Shown in pieces: positions 1 to 10,472 of a stretch of 64,000 nt of DNA. Every line of letters starts with the position of its first letter. Position 1 is the stretch's first letter. The position numbers and the translations under genes were made by a program. This DNA comes from Diplonema japonicum (taxonomy: Eukaryota; Protista; Euglenozoa: Diplonemea). The stretch covers positions 62,001 through 126,000 of the forward strand of contig OZ025701.1 of the NCBI GenBank assembly GCA_964019335.1, written 5' to 3'. Under the pieces are notes generated by a model. It had not been told where the DNA came from. It searched no databases and was given only the letters and a program-made list of their open reading frames with translations.

Positions 1-268
1 TCTTTATCTTCTCGCTTAGCGACACTTCCACAGGTACTGCCAAGCAGTCATCCACAGTGCCCCATTCTTGCCGCTCCACCTTTTCGAGTAGGCCCATCTC
101 CTCCCATTTGCTGATAACATCGTTCTTCACTTTTTCAACTTCCTCTCCTCCCTCCAACCACAGTGATATAGCAGCTGCCCTCTCCTCTGCGTTCTTTTCG
201 CTGTCATAGTATGATTTTAGCAGAGGGTACGTGATGCAGTTGTCAAGAAACGTGCCGGACGCAGACAT
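1..268 (-). CDS. Hypothetical protein, 5' part (runs off the window)
   Basis: ATG at 268 follows an AG acceptor; frame MSASGTFLDNCIT...QEWGTVDDCLAVPVEVSLSEKIK stays open to base 1. Confidence 0.6.
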   Translation of the reverse strand, partial: MSASGTFLDNCITYPLLKSYYDSEKNAEERAAAISLWLEGGEEVEKVKNDVISKWEEMGLLEKVERQEWGTVDDCLAVPVEVSLSEKIK

Positions 269-321
269 AGCGCCTAGCCTGTAATATTATTTGTTTTTGA
301 AGTGTGGTGGAATAGAATAAA

Positions 322-1218
322 CTACTGTTGGCAAATAGTTGCCCAGCGAAGGACAGACTCGATGCCATGCTCTGTCGCTGTTGACGTGGTGAGGAAGCAC
401 CACCTGTGACCGTCAAGGTACTGGTGTACCTTGTACTTAGAAAGAATGGAAGATGCTTCCAAGGCACCCGTAGCAGGGTACTCTGACGTGCTGGCCTTGC
501 GGGGTTCTAGTGGTTCAGAAACAATAACGCTACTCAAGAGGACCCAGTCCACCGAGTTGGTGGAGCCGTCCAAGTGCCACGCACTCATGTCGTTAGCTGT
601 CGTTTCGGTGTTCGTCACGATGTAGTAGCTGCTCACCACACATGGTTCGTGCAGTTCGAAGATCAAGGGTTGCATCTGATGATCTATCCAGTCGCGTTTA
701 CTGTCGTCTAGTACGCTGCACGCTGTTTCCCTGTTGTTCCCATTTGTGTAGACTTTCATCTTTTTCCTGTCAATCTCTCTTCCCTTTTCGTCCTTGAAGA
801 CAACAGCGTTCACGCTGCACAATCCGTAGTCATTGCCCACTGCGGTAGGCTGCAGGCGGAGGAACTTCATCGGCCGCGGGGTGTCTTCGCTGCAGTCACA
901 CTTAGTCCCTGCTACAAGAAAATAACTATTTCTAAAGCCAGGCATCGCCGAAACCTCTCGCAACAGTGTCCTCCCTAATGTCTGCTCTCTCTCTCCGCGT
1001 GCTGTGCCGTCTATCGTCACGATGACTGCTGTGTACCCCGTCTCCGCACGCTCCTGCAATACTGCTCGGCCTTTTTCGAAGCTCGTGAGACTCGAGATAA
1101 GGTTCCCATCCACCACCTCAAGCGGTATCTTACCCTTGGCGTCCAGAGCACTCTTTAGTGAGTTCTTCCCACTGCCTTTAATGCCTAGCATTAAAACACG
1201 GCTTTCCGTACCGCCCAT
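322..1218 (-). CDS. Divergent Arf/Arl-like small GTPase with an inserted F5/8C (discoidin)-like domain
   Basis: MG start; G1 GIKGSGKNS; AVIVTIDG; G4-like LVAGTKCD; Arf-type tail WCFLTTSTATEHGIESVLRW; ~140-aa insert containing YYIVT...NDMSAWHLDGSTNSVDW. Confidence 0.65.
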   Translation of the reverse strand: MGGTESRVLMLGIKGSGKNSLKSALDAKGKIPLEVVDGNLISSLTSFEKGRAVLQERAETGYTAVIVTIDGTARGEREQTLGRTLLREVSAMPGFRNSYFLVAGTKCDCSEDTPRPMKFLRLQPTAVGNDYGLCSVNAVVFKDEKGREIDRKKMKVYTNGNNRETACSVLDDSKRDWIDHQMQPLIFELHEPCVVSSYYIVTNTETTANDMSAWHLDGSTNSVDWVLLSSVIVSEPLEPRKASTSEYPATGALEASSILSKYKVHQYLDGHRWCFLTTSTATEHGIESVLRWATICQQ

Positions 1219-1311
1219 CCGTGTGTATCTGCATGCTTTCTGATAATACTAAATACATAGCATGACTACTACTAACGAAAGTGTTCGAACTTCTTGGTCA
1301 TCGTGTCGAAT

Positions 1312-4300
1312 CTAATACATGCTACACAGCGATTCCTGTGCCTGTTTGGGTGCGATGTTGTGCAAAGTGCCGTGCATACCTCGCCCCGCATTTCGCGGCT
1401 GGAATGGGTTCGGCGCATGCTCAAGCTGCGGTTGTGTTGCCAAAACAAGTATGCATACCTCGTCTTGCTCGTGAAAGCTGTGGTACTGCTCGTCGCTTTC
1501 TTTTGGCATCCGTGTCGGAGGCGGACCAGAGCTTTTCTTCAAGATGAAGAGTGCCGCGCCGACGCAGATTGGGACAAGGATTGAAGGGATAAGCACAGCT
1601 GCCCACGGAAAGGAGTCGCTCTTACTGTTGGAAACTACAGGCTTGCCTTCTATGCTACTATCAGAACATACGGCCGCAGCGGCAGTGGCCCTAATAGTAC
1701 CTAAAGGCGACGGGCACACGCACTGCCAATCGCCTGCGCTGTTCGAGCTGTCGAGGCACGTTTGGCCCTTACTCTCGCAGACGTTCCGTATCGCAGGATC
1801 AGCACATTCCCCTACAAAGGAACAGTCCGCTGCTGCTGCGATCTTGCTGCCATTTGCCGGTGGCAAGCAGCTGCAAACCCAGTCGCCCAGAGAATCGGGT
1901 GACATATTTGGATCTGTGCATTGCTGTCCTTGGCAAGCAGTATTCCCGTTACATTCATTCAACGTGCAGACAGCAAGCTGCCCTACAACGCTCGTACCTA
2001 CTGATGGCGGCCTGCAAGCACACATCCAATCAAAAGTACTTTCAGGAGATGTGTCACGATCAATACAAATCTGCCCCTTAGACGCGCACAGTGTATGGTG
2101 CAAACATTCATCATAGTAGCACACCGCAGGTGCTCTCTGTACCGAAAGGCCTTTAAGAGGCGCAACACAGTTACATGACCAATCTCCACCAGTGCTGTCC
2201 TTGCACTCCTGGTCTTGTGCCTTGCATACAGCATTGCCTGTCTGCGTGCAGCCATTGATGGTACAGGTCGCTACACTGTTTATCTGTTCCCCGACAAAAG
2301 GGGCTCTGCAGACACACGTCCACAGGCTCGAAGTCCCTGACTGTACGCAATCCTGGTTGTTAACCGCACAAACATTTGCTGGTCCACACATGTCCCTAGT
2401 GCACCTCGCTGGCCCCAGAGATGCAGCACCGATTTCAGGAGTCCTGCACCTACATTCCCAGTTATTGTGCCTGTACACATCGGTATCCACGCAATCCTGG
2501 CTTTGTGATTCACATTTATCACGAGTTTCAGAAACGGTGCATTCATTCCACGTGCAGGTGCTCAGGCTGCCGTTGGTATCGGTGCCAGTCGTCGGTGGTA
2601 AGCACCTGCATACCCAGCTCCCGAGCGTTGTAAGGTTGGTGTCGATGCACTGCTGTCCGTTGGCTGAACAAAGTGTGACCTTTGTACACTCATCATAAGT
2701 GCAGTTTGCAGCACCCCCTGGTGTGGGTACTCCGGCCAGTGGCAAAACGCACTCGCACCCCCAGTCATTGCTTGCAGGGGATGCGTCGTAGCACTTTTGG
2801 TCAGCAGGGCAAAGCGACGATGATATGCCACACTCGTCTTGCACACAGTAGGCCCGGCCTCCTGCCTGAGGGGTACCGATGTTGGGGAACTCACAGCTGC
2901 AGACATAGTCGGAACGCGATGAAATATTCTTGTTGAGATCGTTGCAGGTCTGGTCAGCTCCGCAAGGTGCGGTGGAACACTCATCATATATACAAGTAGC
3001 TGGCCCGCGGTACTCAGAACCTATCTGCGGCGGCGGGCAGGAACACACCCAGTCCTGCAGGCTGAGCGGGTGCTCGTTTGTGTCGTTGCACAACTGCCCT
3101 GCGGAGATGCACACGTGGCTATACTGAAGGCACTCATCGATGCCGCATTCTGCAGGCCCTCCTATCTCCGTGCCGCTGTAGGGAGCCGTGCAGTTGCAGA
3201 ACCAGTCGTCTAGGCTTGAAGAGCTATTATTAGGGTCAGTACAGGTCTGAGCATTCGATTCACATATTACTTTATACTGTTCGCACTCGTCCACCGCACA
3301 GGTAGTGTTGCCCCCGACCATCTTGGGCCCCGTGTCGGGGTAGATGCACTCACACCACCAGTCGTTCTCAGAAGACGTGTCATGCGTGTTGGTGTTCGGG
3401 TCAAAGCAAGCTTGGCTTGCATTGGTGCAGATGTCACTATAAAGCAGGCATTCATCCAACGTACATATGGCAGGAGCTACCCAGTCCTGACCCACTGCCG
3501 GGTAGGTGCAGTTGCATAGCCAGTCATTCAAGCTCTCTGCACTCGTATTCATATCGCGGCATGTTTGGTGATACGCGTGCCCAAAGCCACCGCCTTTCCC
3601 ACCATAGTTGTAGACAGCAAGCGTGCAGACATTCAACTCACCAGTCAATGTTTGGTTTGCGGTGCACTCGTCAAGCATGCATGTCGAAGGTCCTCGCGTC
3701 ACCATACCGCCTTGGAGGACAGCAGGGGAGGTGCAGTTGCAAACCCAATCGTCGCGAGATGTAGGGTCGGGGTCAGGGTCAACGCAGTGTTGGTAAGACT
3801 TAGAAGAGCACACGGCAGCATTGGTGGGTACAGTGCACTCGTCCAGTATACACCTCGGGACAACACCTAGAGGTACATCTACCTCAGCATAATAGGGGGC
3901 AACACAACTGCAGTTCCAGTCATTTGTCGCGTAAGGCGACGTGTTGATATCGATGCATGTGTGCAGAGCCGTGGGGCAAGGGTTCACGAATGCACACTCG
4001 TCAAGGATACACTCAGCAGCCTTCGTTCTTGTGTTGCTGGTGTTGACTTCACCAGGGCGTGTGCAGTTGCAGTACCAGTCAAGCAAGCTCTCTGGATCCG
4101 GATTGGCATCAATGCACTCCTGTGGACGGAACCCCGAAGCACAGACACGCTGGTTGTGGACATCAGTGCACTCATCGTACATGCAATCAAGAGAGGGTTG
4201 TATGAGACCAGGTGTGCCCGTAGCAGGGGACCTACATACACACGTCCAGTCATCCAGCGATGTTACATTCTGGTCTGCATCGTAGCAGTCTTGCCTGCTG

Positions 4301-6276
4301 TTTGTACACGTAGCACTGCGCAGAACGCACTCATCAAGGTAGCAGGTAGCATCCAGTCCCACTGTAGTTGTGCCGTATTCGGGGTACTCGCAAGAACATG
4401 TGTAGTCGTTTAGGTTGTTGATGTTGATGTTCGTGTCGTTGCACAGGTGTGTGCACGTCACGTTGGGGTACTTGCATTCGTCGACGTCGTCATCGATGCT
4501 GACAGCACCCCACCTGAGGAGAGCCACCGACATGTAGTGCACGTCTGTTGTTGTGATAGATATGATCTCCACGTAGTACGGGACATCGCCGTCATCGAGA
4601 AGGTCATCCACCGCAAGAATAGTGACTGTCTGGAACGTGCTCCAGTTGGCTGCAGTGAAGGTGATTGTCATGGGCCACACTGCCGCCTCGCGGATGTCAG
4701 TAGTGTTTAGATCAATCACAACATTGCTCGTCGGCCGCGTCGCTAGTCGGACATACAGTTCGTCGCCTGTGCCTGCCTCGTAGGTCGTGCCCAGTCCCAC
4801 GGTGCACGACTGGAAGGGCATGGCAGGTACCTCTGTGCACAGAACAATGCCTGCCACGTCGTCGTCCATGGTTGTGACAGCGACGCCAGGTATTGTCATG
4901 CCGTCGTAGAGGGCATCGGCACTTACGACCTCTGTCGTGATGGAGGAGAATACAGTGCCGTCTATATCATAATCGTCAGCAGCATGAACGTTCACACTGA
5001 AGGTAGACGTCCACCATGAAGGATGGATGGTGAAAGTCACCGTATCGTTTGGCGCTGTGCCAAGCACGGAAACCTGTGCCTCCGAAGGATCTGAAGCAAC
5101 AAATGTAAATGTGACTGCCGAAACGGGCTCCGTGCGCAGCTTGTACGTAAAGGCAACTTGCGTTCCAGGCTCACTGACAGTCACCGCGGTAGAGCTCAGG
5201 ATGACGCCGACGACATCATTGTCCATGTTGATAAGCGAGTACGGTGCGCTGGGCAACTTGTTGTGGTAGTTTGGGTCGACAGACTCCGCCAGCTTGAAGC
5301 TCGCCGTGTACGCCACATCACCGTCGTCGATGTCGTCATTAACGCCTGTGATGGTGAAGGTGTGCGGCATGTTCCACGTGCTGGGCAGCACCCGTATGTC
5401 GGCAGGGTCGACACTGCCCTCTGTGCCGTCGCTGGTCACCATCTCGACAGACACGGCACTGATGGGCTCCGACATCAGCATGAAAGTGACGAAGGCTTTA
5501 GTGAGATGCTCAGAAGTCGTGAGCATGGTGGCAGTAGACGGACTAAAGACAAAGCCAGATGTGTCGTCATCGATGTTCACGCAGGGAATAGTGAAGGAGA
5601 GCAGCTGTGCGTACTTCGCGTCTGCCGTGATACACGTGCCGACGGTGATGGTGTAGGGTTGGTCGCCGTCGGCGATGTTGTCGTCAACACCACCCACAGT
5701 GAGGGTTTGGGGGGTGTTCCAGTTAAGGGTAGTGAACATGAAAAAGTCGACTGACAGAGAAGCTTCAGAGGTGTCGGACACCACGAAGGGGACCTTAACG
5801 CCAAGTGTAGGTTGCGTCTCGAGAGCGAAGACGATAGTGGGTCTGGGCCCTGCTGCCTCAGTGGTGGTGACTGTGGTCCCAATGTAGGCAGTGCTGATCC
5901 TAGCGGTGTCGTCGTCCATGTTCTTGACATGCACCTCCGCAGAACGCATGTTGTAGACAGCATCCCCACTGACAGAGGGCCCCAGTAAGATATCATACAG
6001 CACAGTGTCTTCGTCAATGAGGTCGTCGACACCAGTCACAGTGACTGTCTGCAGGACGTTCCAGTTCGCTGTTGTGAAGGTGACAGACGTGGTGCTGAGG
6101 CTCCCCTCCCTGTTGTCCCCGACGGCTATAGGTACCGTAACATCGTTTGTAGGCAGCATGCTGCACCCAATGGTGAAAGTCGCAGTGCTTCCCTCCGTTG
6201 TTGAGATGTCAGTGGGGGACACCAAGAGGCTCCCCATCGTGTGCACAGCACACAGAAGCAAACACGCTGCACTCAT
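1312..6276 (-). CDS. Large type I membrane protein: Calx-beta-like repeats, long EGF-like array, TM segment, short tail
   Basis: Signal-like start MSAACLLLCAV (ATG 6276); ~5 repeats of TFTxxNWxxxQTVTVxxVDD; ~19 Cys repeats DEC...DWxCxC; TM WAAVLIPSILVPICVGAALFIL; probable 33- and 38-nt GTATG introns near the 3' end (true stop may be at 1322). Confidence 0.85.
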   Translation of the reverse strand: MSAACLLLCAVHTMGSLLVSPTDISTTEGSTATFTIGCSMLPTNDVTVPIAVGDNREGSLSTTSVTFTTANWNVLQTVTVTGVDDLIDEDTVLYDILLGPSVSGDAVYNMRSAEVHVKNMDDDTARISTAYIGTTVTTTEAAGPRPTIVFALETQPTLGVKVPFVVSDTSEASLSVDFFMFTTLNWNTPQTLTVGGVDDNIADGDQPYTITVGTCITADAKYAQLLSFTIPCVNIDDDTSGFVFSPSTATMLTTSEHLTKAFVTFMLMSEPISAVSVEMVTSDGTEGSVDPADIRVLPSTWNMPHTFTITGVNDDIDDGDVAYTASFKLAESVDPNYHNKLPSAPYSLINMDNDVVGVILSSTAVTVSEPGTQVAFTYKLRTEPVSAVTFTFVASDPSEAQVSVLGTAPNDTVTFTIHPSWWTSTFSVNVHAADDYDIDGTVFSSITTEVVSADALYDGMTIPGVAVTTMDDDVAGIVLCTEVPAMPFQSCTVGLGTTYEAGTGDELYVRLATRPTSNVVIDLNTTDIREAAVWPMTITFTAANWSTFQTVTILAVDDLLDDGDVPYYVEIISITTTDVHYMSVALLRWGAVSIDDDVDECKYPNVTCTHLCNDTNININNLNDYTCSCEYPEYGTTTVGLDATCYLDECVLRSATCTNSRQDCYDADQNVTSLDDWTCVCRSPATGTPGLIQPSLDCMYDECTDVHNQRVCASGFRPQECIDANPDPESLLDWYCNCTRPGEVNTSNTRTKAAECILDECAFVNPCPTALHTCIDINTSPYATNDWNCSCVAPYYAEVDVPLGVVPRCILDECTVPTNAAVCSSKSYQHCVDPDPDPTSRDDWVCNCTSPAVLQGGMVTRGPSTCMLDECTANQTLTGELNVCTLAVYNYGGKGGGFGHAYHQTCRDMNTSAESLNDWLCNCTYPAVGQDWVAPAICTLDECLLYSDICTNASQACFDPNTNTHDTSSENDWWCECIYPDTGPKMVGGNTTCAVDECEQYKVICESNAQTCTDPNNSSSSLDDWFCNCTAPYSGTEIGGPAECGIDECLQYSHVCISAGQLCNDTNEHPLSLQDWVCSCPPPQIGSEYRGPATCIYDECSTAPCGADQTCNDLNKNISSRSDYVCSCEFPNIGTPQAGGRAYCVQDECGISSSLCPADQKCYDASPASNDWGCECVLPLAGVPTPGGAANCTYDECTKVTLCSANGQQCIDTNLTTLGSWVCRCLPPTTGTDTNGSLSTCTWNECTVSETRDKCESQSQDCVDTDVYRHNNWECRCRTPEIGAASLGPARCTRDMCGPANVCAVNNQDCVQSGTSSLWTCVCRAPFVGEQINSVATCTINGCTQTGNAVCKAQDQECKDSTGGDWSCNCVAPLKGLSVQRAPAVCYYDECLHHTLCASKGQICIDRDTSPESTFDWMCACRPPSVGTSVVGQLAVCTLNECNGNTACQGQQCTDPNMSPDSLGDWVCSCLPPANGSKIAAAADCSFVGECADPAIRNVCESKGQTCLDSSNSAGDWQCVCPSPLGTIRATAAAAVCSDSSIEGKPVVSNSKSDSFPWAAVLIPSILVPICVGAALFILKKSSGPPPTRMPKESDEQYHSFHEQDEVCILVLATQPQLEHAPNPFQPRNAGRGMHGTLHNIAPKQAQESLCSMY

Positions 6277-6360
6277 CCTTGCATGTCTCGCTCCCCTTGA
6301 AGGATTTAACAGTGTACAAAGTTGGAAAGAAAGAAGAAATAAAAACACTTGCCCGCGGGC

Positions 6361-6711
6361 CTACTCTTCTTTTACCAGTACAAAGTACGGTTCCCGAAGA
6401 CATTCAAGGTTTGCCTCTCGCTCCAATTCCCACATTTTGTACTCATTTCTCTTCGCCATCTTCGGCGGTTTCGCATCAAAGTATTCGGAATTCTGTCGAG
6501 AAATGTGGGAATTTGCATTGTTTCGGGTCAGCAACATACCATCATAGGCGAGATACCAACACCACCCTCTCTCCTGTGGTTGTTTTTGGTACCAAGGGGT
6601 CCACCGCCCGCAGGGGCGTTAAAATGTTTCTGTTATAGGTTGTCCATTGATAGCATGCAAACATACCTGGTTCCACCACTCCGCAGCCCTCATCGACGTG
6701 CGTCGCAACAT
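6361..6711 (-). CDS. Small (88 aa) probable mitochondrial protein, 3 exons, absent from the ORF track
   Basis: Removing GTATG..CAG introns 6630-6666 and 6493-6539 gives an open frame MLRRTSMRAAEWWNQKHF...EPYFVLVKEE*; MLRR resembles kinetoplastid mitochondrial presequences. Confidence 0.7.
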
Positions 6712-7067
6712 TTCCTCCCTTTTATTTCTTCCTTTGTTCAAACCTCTACCAAAATTTGAGCTTCCGACTTACGAAAATAAAAACAGATCACTGAATAGAA
6801 TTGAATAAAATACGTTTTCTTTTTTCTTCTTCTTTTCTTCCTCTCCTCTTCCCCTATTCTTTTCCACGGAACACTGACTTAGGCCCCATTTTGTATTTGC
6901 ATCGGATGAGACCAAGGAGAGGGGAGACCCTTTTTAATTCCATGTCCACACCCGAACGTTGGAAGGAACTCCCCTCTCTTTTTCTATTTCATTTCTCTCC
7001 TCTCTTTCCTTTCTTCCACGTTTCTTTTCCAACCCAAGAGAAACCCTGATCACCGCCGAGGACAGGT

Positions 7068-8299
7068 CTAGAGAGACGAGGTGAGTTTACCACCGGACCA
7101 CTCCTTGTCGGGCCTGGGAGTGAAGAACTTGGACATGTACTCAGGAGTAGTCTGCAGGTGATTAGACAGGTAAAGGTAAACATACCTCCTCAAGAGTAGC
7201 AGGGTTCCATTTAGGGAGCTTGCACTTGTCGACGAGAAGAGCACGGACGCCTTCATTGAAGTCGCCACTCACGTTCATCATGGCGTAGACGATTCTGGCC
7301 TCCATCTGGAAGTTCTCGAACGGGTTCTGCCTCGCACCCCTCAAAAGCTGTTCGTGTGTGGCCCTCAGAGACGTGGGCGACATCCTCATGATGGTTTTCA
7401 GTGTCTTCGCCGACCATTCATCGTCGCAGCTCTTCAGCGAGCTCACAATGTCGTCGACGGACCCCAGTGTGAACGTCCTCGCGATCTTGTCCAGGTGCGG
7501 CTGGAGCGAGAAGCTGGGCAGTGACCTGATGTCCTCCGCATGCTTCTCAATGATTGTGTCCGCAACGATGTTCATTTTCCCCTTCGTCGCAATCAGCTCG
7601 TTCTCCAGCTCGGCGATCTTCTCAGACTTCACATAGTGCGTCCCGACAGCCGCGTGCAACGCGTCAGCGCCCTTCAACCTGTACCCTGTCAGTGCCAGGT
7701 ACATTCCCAACCCAGCGTATGGCATCCTCGGCAAGAAGATACTCCCACCAACGTCAGGGAAGAGACCAATACCCTGTGGTGTTATTGTTGCCGTTCAGGG
7801 TGCATACCGTCTCTGGCATCGCGAAGAGCGTGTTTTCCGTCACAATCCTGTGAGACCCGTGGACCGACCTGTGATGGATAAAACAAAAAAGGAGTACATA
7901 CAGTCCGACCCCGCCGCCCATGACGATGCCGTCGAGGAAAGCGATGTGAGGCATGGGGTAGGTCTTAATCTTGTAGTTCAGCGCGTACTCTTCCATGAAG
8001 AAGTCCCTCCTTAGGGAGCCCTCCGTGTCCTGTGCCACCGCCACGATGTCGCCACCTGCGCAGAAGGCCTTCCCCCCAGCACCCTTGATAATGATGCAAC
8101 CACCTTCGTCCTGCACCCACTGGTTGTAGTGCTTCTCTAATATTCTCACCATATTCAGATTGAGAGAGTTCAGCGCCTTTGGTCTGTTCAGGGTCACAAC
8201 TTTTTTGTGCCCGTGCGAGGCAACCAGTACCTCATCAGCAAGCCCTGAGCACATTCTGACACCTGCCTGCCTAAACACTAATGGTGCTACACGACGCAT
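7068..8299 (-). CDS. HIBCH: Mitochondrial 3-hydroxyisobutyryl-CoA hydrolase (376 aa, 3 introns)
   Basis: LNRPKALNSL, KAFCAGGDI, GIVMGGGVGLSVHG, FAMPETGIGLFPDVG, DFNEGVRALLVDK; introns 7869-7901, 7774-7807 and 7152-7185 restore the frame and the motifs. Confidence 0.93.
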
Positions 8300-8391
8300 C
8301 TTCGTTTGTTCACTGTGGTGATGGTGATGAAAGTAGCATGTTTTTTTCATTTAGGTTATGTGTAAAAGTGTCTAGATGCGTCTAGCTTCGT

Positions 8392-8607
8392 TTAGTGAAG
8401 CCATAGAGATCCCATTGAGCCGCCGGAACCGACGCTCCCTGCGTACCTGCCGTAACCCTGCCCGTTGCAGGTTCCTTGCTCGAACCCTTGCTCCTTCATG
8501 CGGGCTGCCTGCTCACCTCCAAACAGGTTGAGCTGCGTGCATCCGAGTCCCTGGAAGGCATCCTTCTTGTAGACTGTGATCGGCTTCGATGAGTCGGCAA
8601 GGCCCAT
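8392..8607 (-). CDS. Small Gly-rich hypothetical protein (71 aa)
   Basis: ORF MGLADSSKP...SLWLH with coding-like composition fills the gap between two genes on the cluster strand. Confidence 0.5.
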   Translation of the reverse strand: MGLADSSKPITVYKKDAFQGLGCTQLNLFGGEQAARMKEQGFEQGTCNGQGYGRYAGSVGSGGSMGSLWLH

Positions 8608-8673
8608 TTGTGTTTGTGTAGTTGTTATCCTGGATGGAGTCACGTGCAATGCATGCTTAGTAATGCTTTAAGG

Positions 8674-9598
8674 CTAGTCCCACCCGTCGCCCCCGTCGAG
8701 GCCCATGTCGAAGGCTGCCGACGTTGACGGCTCCGCAAAACCGTTGGCGAAGTCGAAGTCCTCCTCCTCGTGAGGCTGCGTTGTGATAGTCTCACTGCAC
8801 ACGGACGCTAGGCCTGCCATGTTTGGAAGCGGCGGTGGCGGCATCTTTTGTGCGTTGGTGGTCACGGATGCCGCGAAACTGGTGTTGTCGTCATCCCACT
8901 CAGCAAGGGGGTCCTCTTGACCTGACTGATTCTTTTTATGTTCCTCAATCTTCCTATGCCGCTCAGACTGCTTCTTAAATCTGTTGTACTTGTCAACGTC
9001 AAGCGGCTTGCGGTTCGTCAACGCGTGCTGCACCTTGCTAGGGTTGCTCTGTTCTTCTGTTCTGAACTTCATCTTAATGTCCTTTAGCTCCTTCCCCGGC
9101 AGCATGTTGGCAATCAAGGTGAAGTTTGTTCCAAACATCGACAGTGATCTGTAGAACCTGCTGATCTCCTCAGTGCTCCATTTTGCTGACTTCTGTCTTT
9201 TCCTGGCAGGCATGTACCCATATGGCTGCGCCCCGCCTATCAGGCCACCAGAAGCCTGGAACGTGTCCTCATCTCGTTTTTCCGTAATCTCGTCTTCTCC
9301 TTCCTTATCATCTAATGATTCTTCTAACTTCCGTTTGTCTGCTTTCTGCTTTGTTTTCATGTTACACAAACGGGCATACCTTTTTCCTTGAACCTACTGT
9401 CTTGCTGACAATGCTGGCAATATCATGCTCTTTGCTAAGCTCCACATCGCACGGTTCGAGTTGTGCCTCCGGTGGATTGGCAACGTTGAAGTTCATCTCA
9501 AAGTCATCCTCTTGGTACTCGCCATCCGCCAAATCATGCTCACGCGGCTGGAACTCATCTAGGTCCCCAGCAGCGTGAAATTCCTCAAACATATTCAT
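8674..9598 (-). CDS. BDP1: TFIIIB B'' subunit (Bdp1-type SANT domain)
   Basis: KWSTEEISRFYRSLSMFGTNFTLIANMLPGKELKDIKMKFRTEE; 34-nt intron 9346-9379 joins the two ORFs in frame. Confidence 0.8.
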
Positions 9599-9779
9599 CT
9601 CCTGGAGAGTTGAGGCATCGATCAAAAAGAAAGGTGTTATAGTCTTCTTTTTGTGTAGCCTAGAGAACAGTGAGCAGGTGGAAACGCAAAGCTTTTAAAG
9701 GAGGAGCTGGCTGTTCTCTATAACGTGCCGGCCTAAAAGAAGAAAATGAGAGATAAAAAAAAAAAACAGTGGAAATAAT

Positions 9780-10429
9780 CTAATTCACACGTGGCTTCTT
9801 TCCTCGTGTTGAAAACCCGAGCCTCTTTCTCTTCGACCTCGTTGCGATGATGTCGTCCTCGTCATCGGGCTGTTCCTTGATCTTCTTCTTGCACATGCGC
9901 AGGATGCTCTGCCCCAGCGCGTCTTCTTCCGACTCCTCCGAAAGCATGTCCCGCAGGCTGCCGGAGGACGCCTCGTCCGTCTCGCAAGTCGTGATGCTGC
10001 CCTCACCCACCTGCATTGCCTGGCTGTTATCGCTATCGTACCCGATCTGTCCCCTCCCGCAGCCGACGCAGAGTGGGACCTCGTCCCATTCCAAGGCGCC
10101 CCCACAAGTCTCATGAGCTAACATTTTGCACACACTGCAAGCAATCAGCTCGTCGCCCTCCACGAGACGCGCCTTTCCAAGAATTGCCACTTCCTTGTCA
10201 TAACACACAGAGCATATGGGCCTCCCCAGATTATCGTAGAGTTGTATACTCTCGTCTGCTTCCTTCTTGTCCCCTGTGTCGGTTTGTAATGAAGTCTTTT
10301 TCCTTCTTCTGACAATTCTCTATTTGTAGTGTTTCTTTTTGCTGTGCACAACCATACCTTCTTTCTCCATTTCTTCCTCACCGCTTGCACGTCTTTCTGG
10401 CCCTCATGGCGCTCGAGGTTAACGTCCAT
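9780..10429 (-). CDS. PHD-finger-like nuclear protein
   Basis: After a 38-nt GTATG..TAG intron the frame reads CSVC...CSVCKMLAHETC...CVGC (C4HC3); basic NLS-like segments. Confidence 0.65.
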
Positions 10430-10472
10430 CCTGCCTGTGTGGGTTTAAGTGTTCTAATCTCAAAACATTGTA

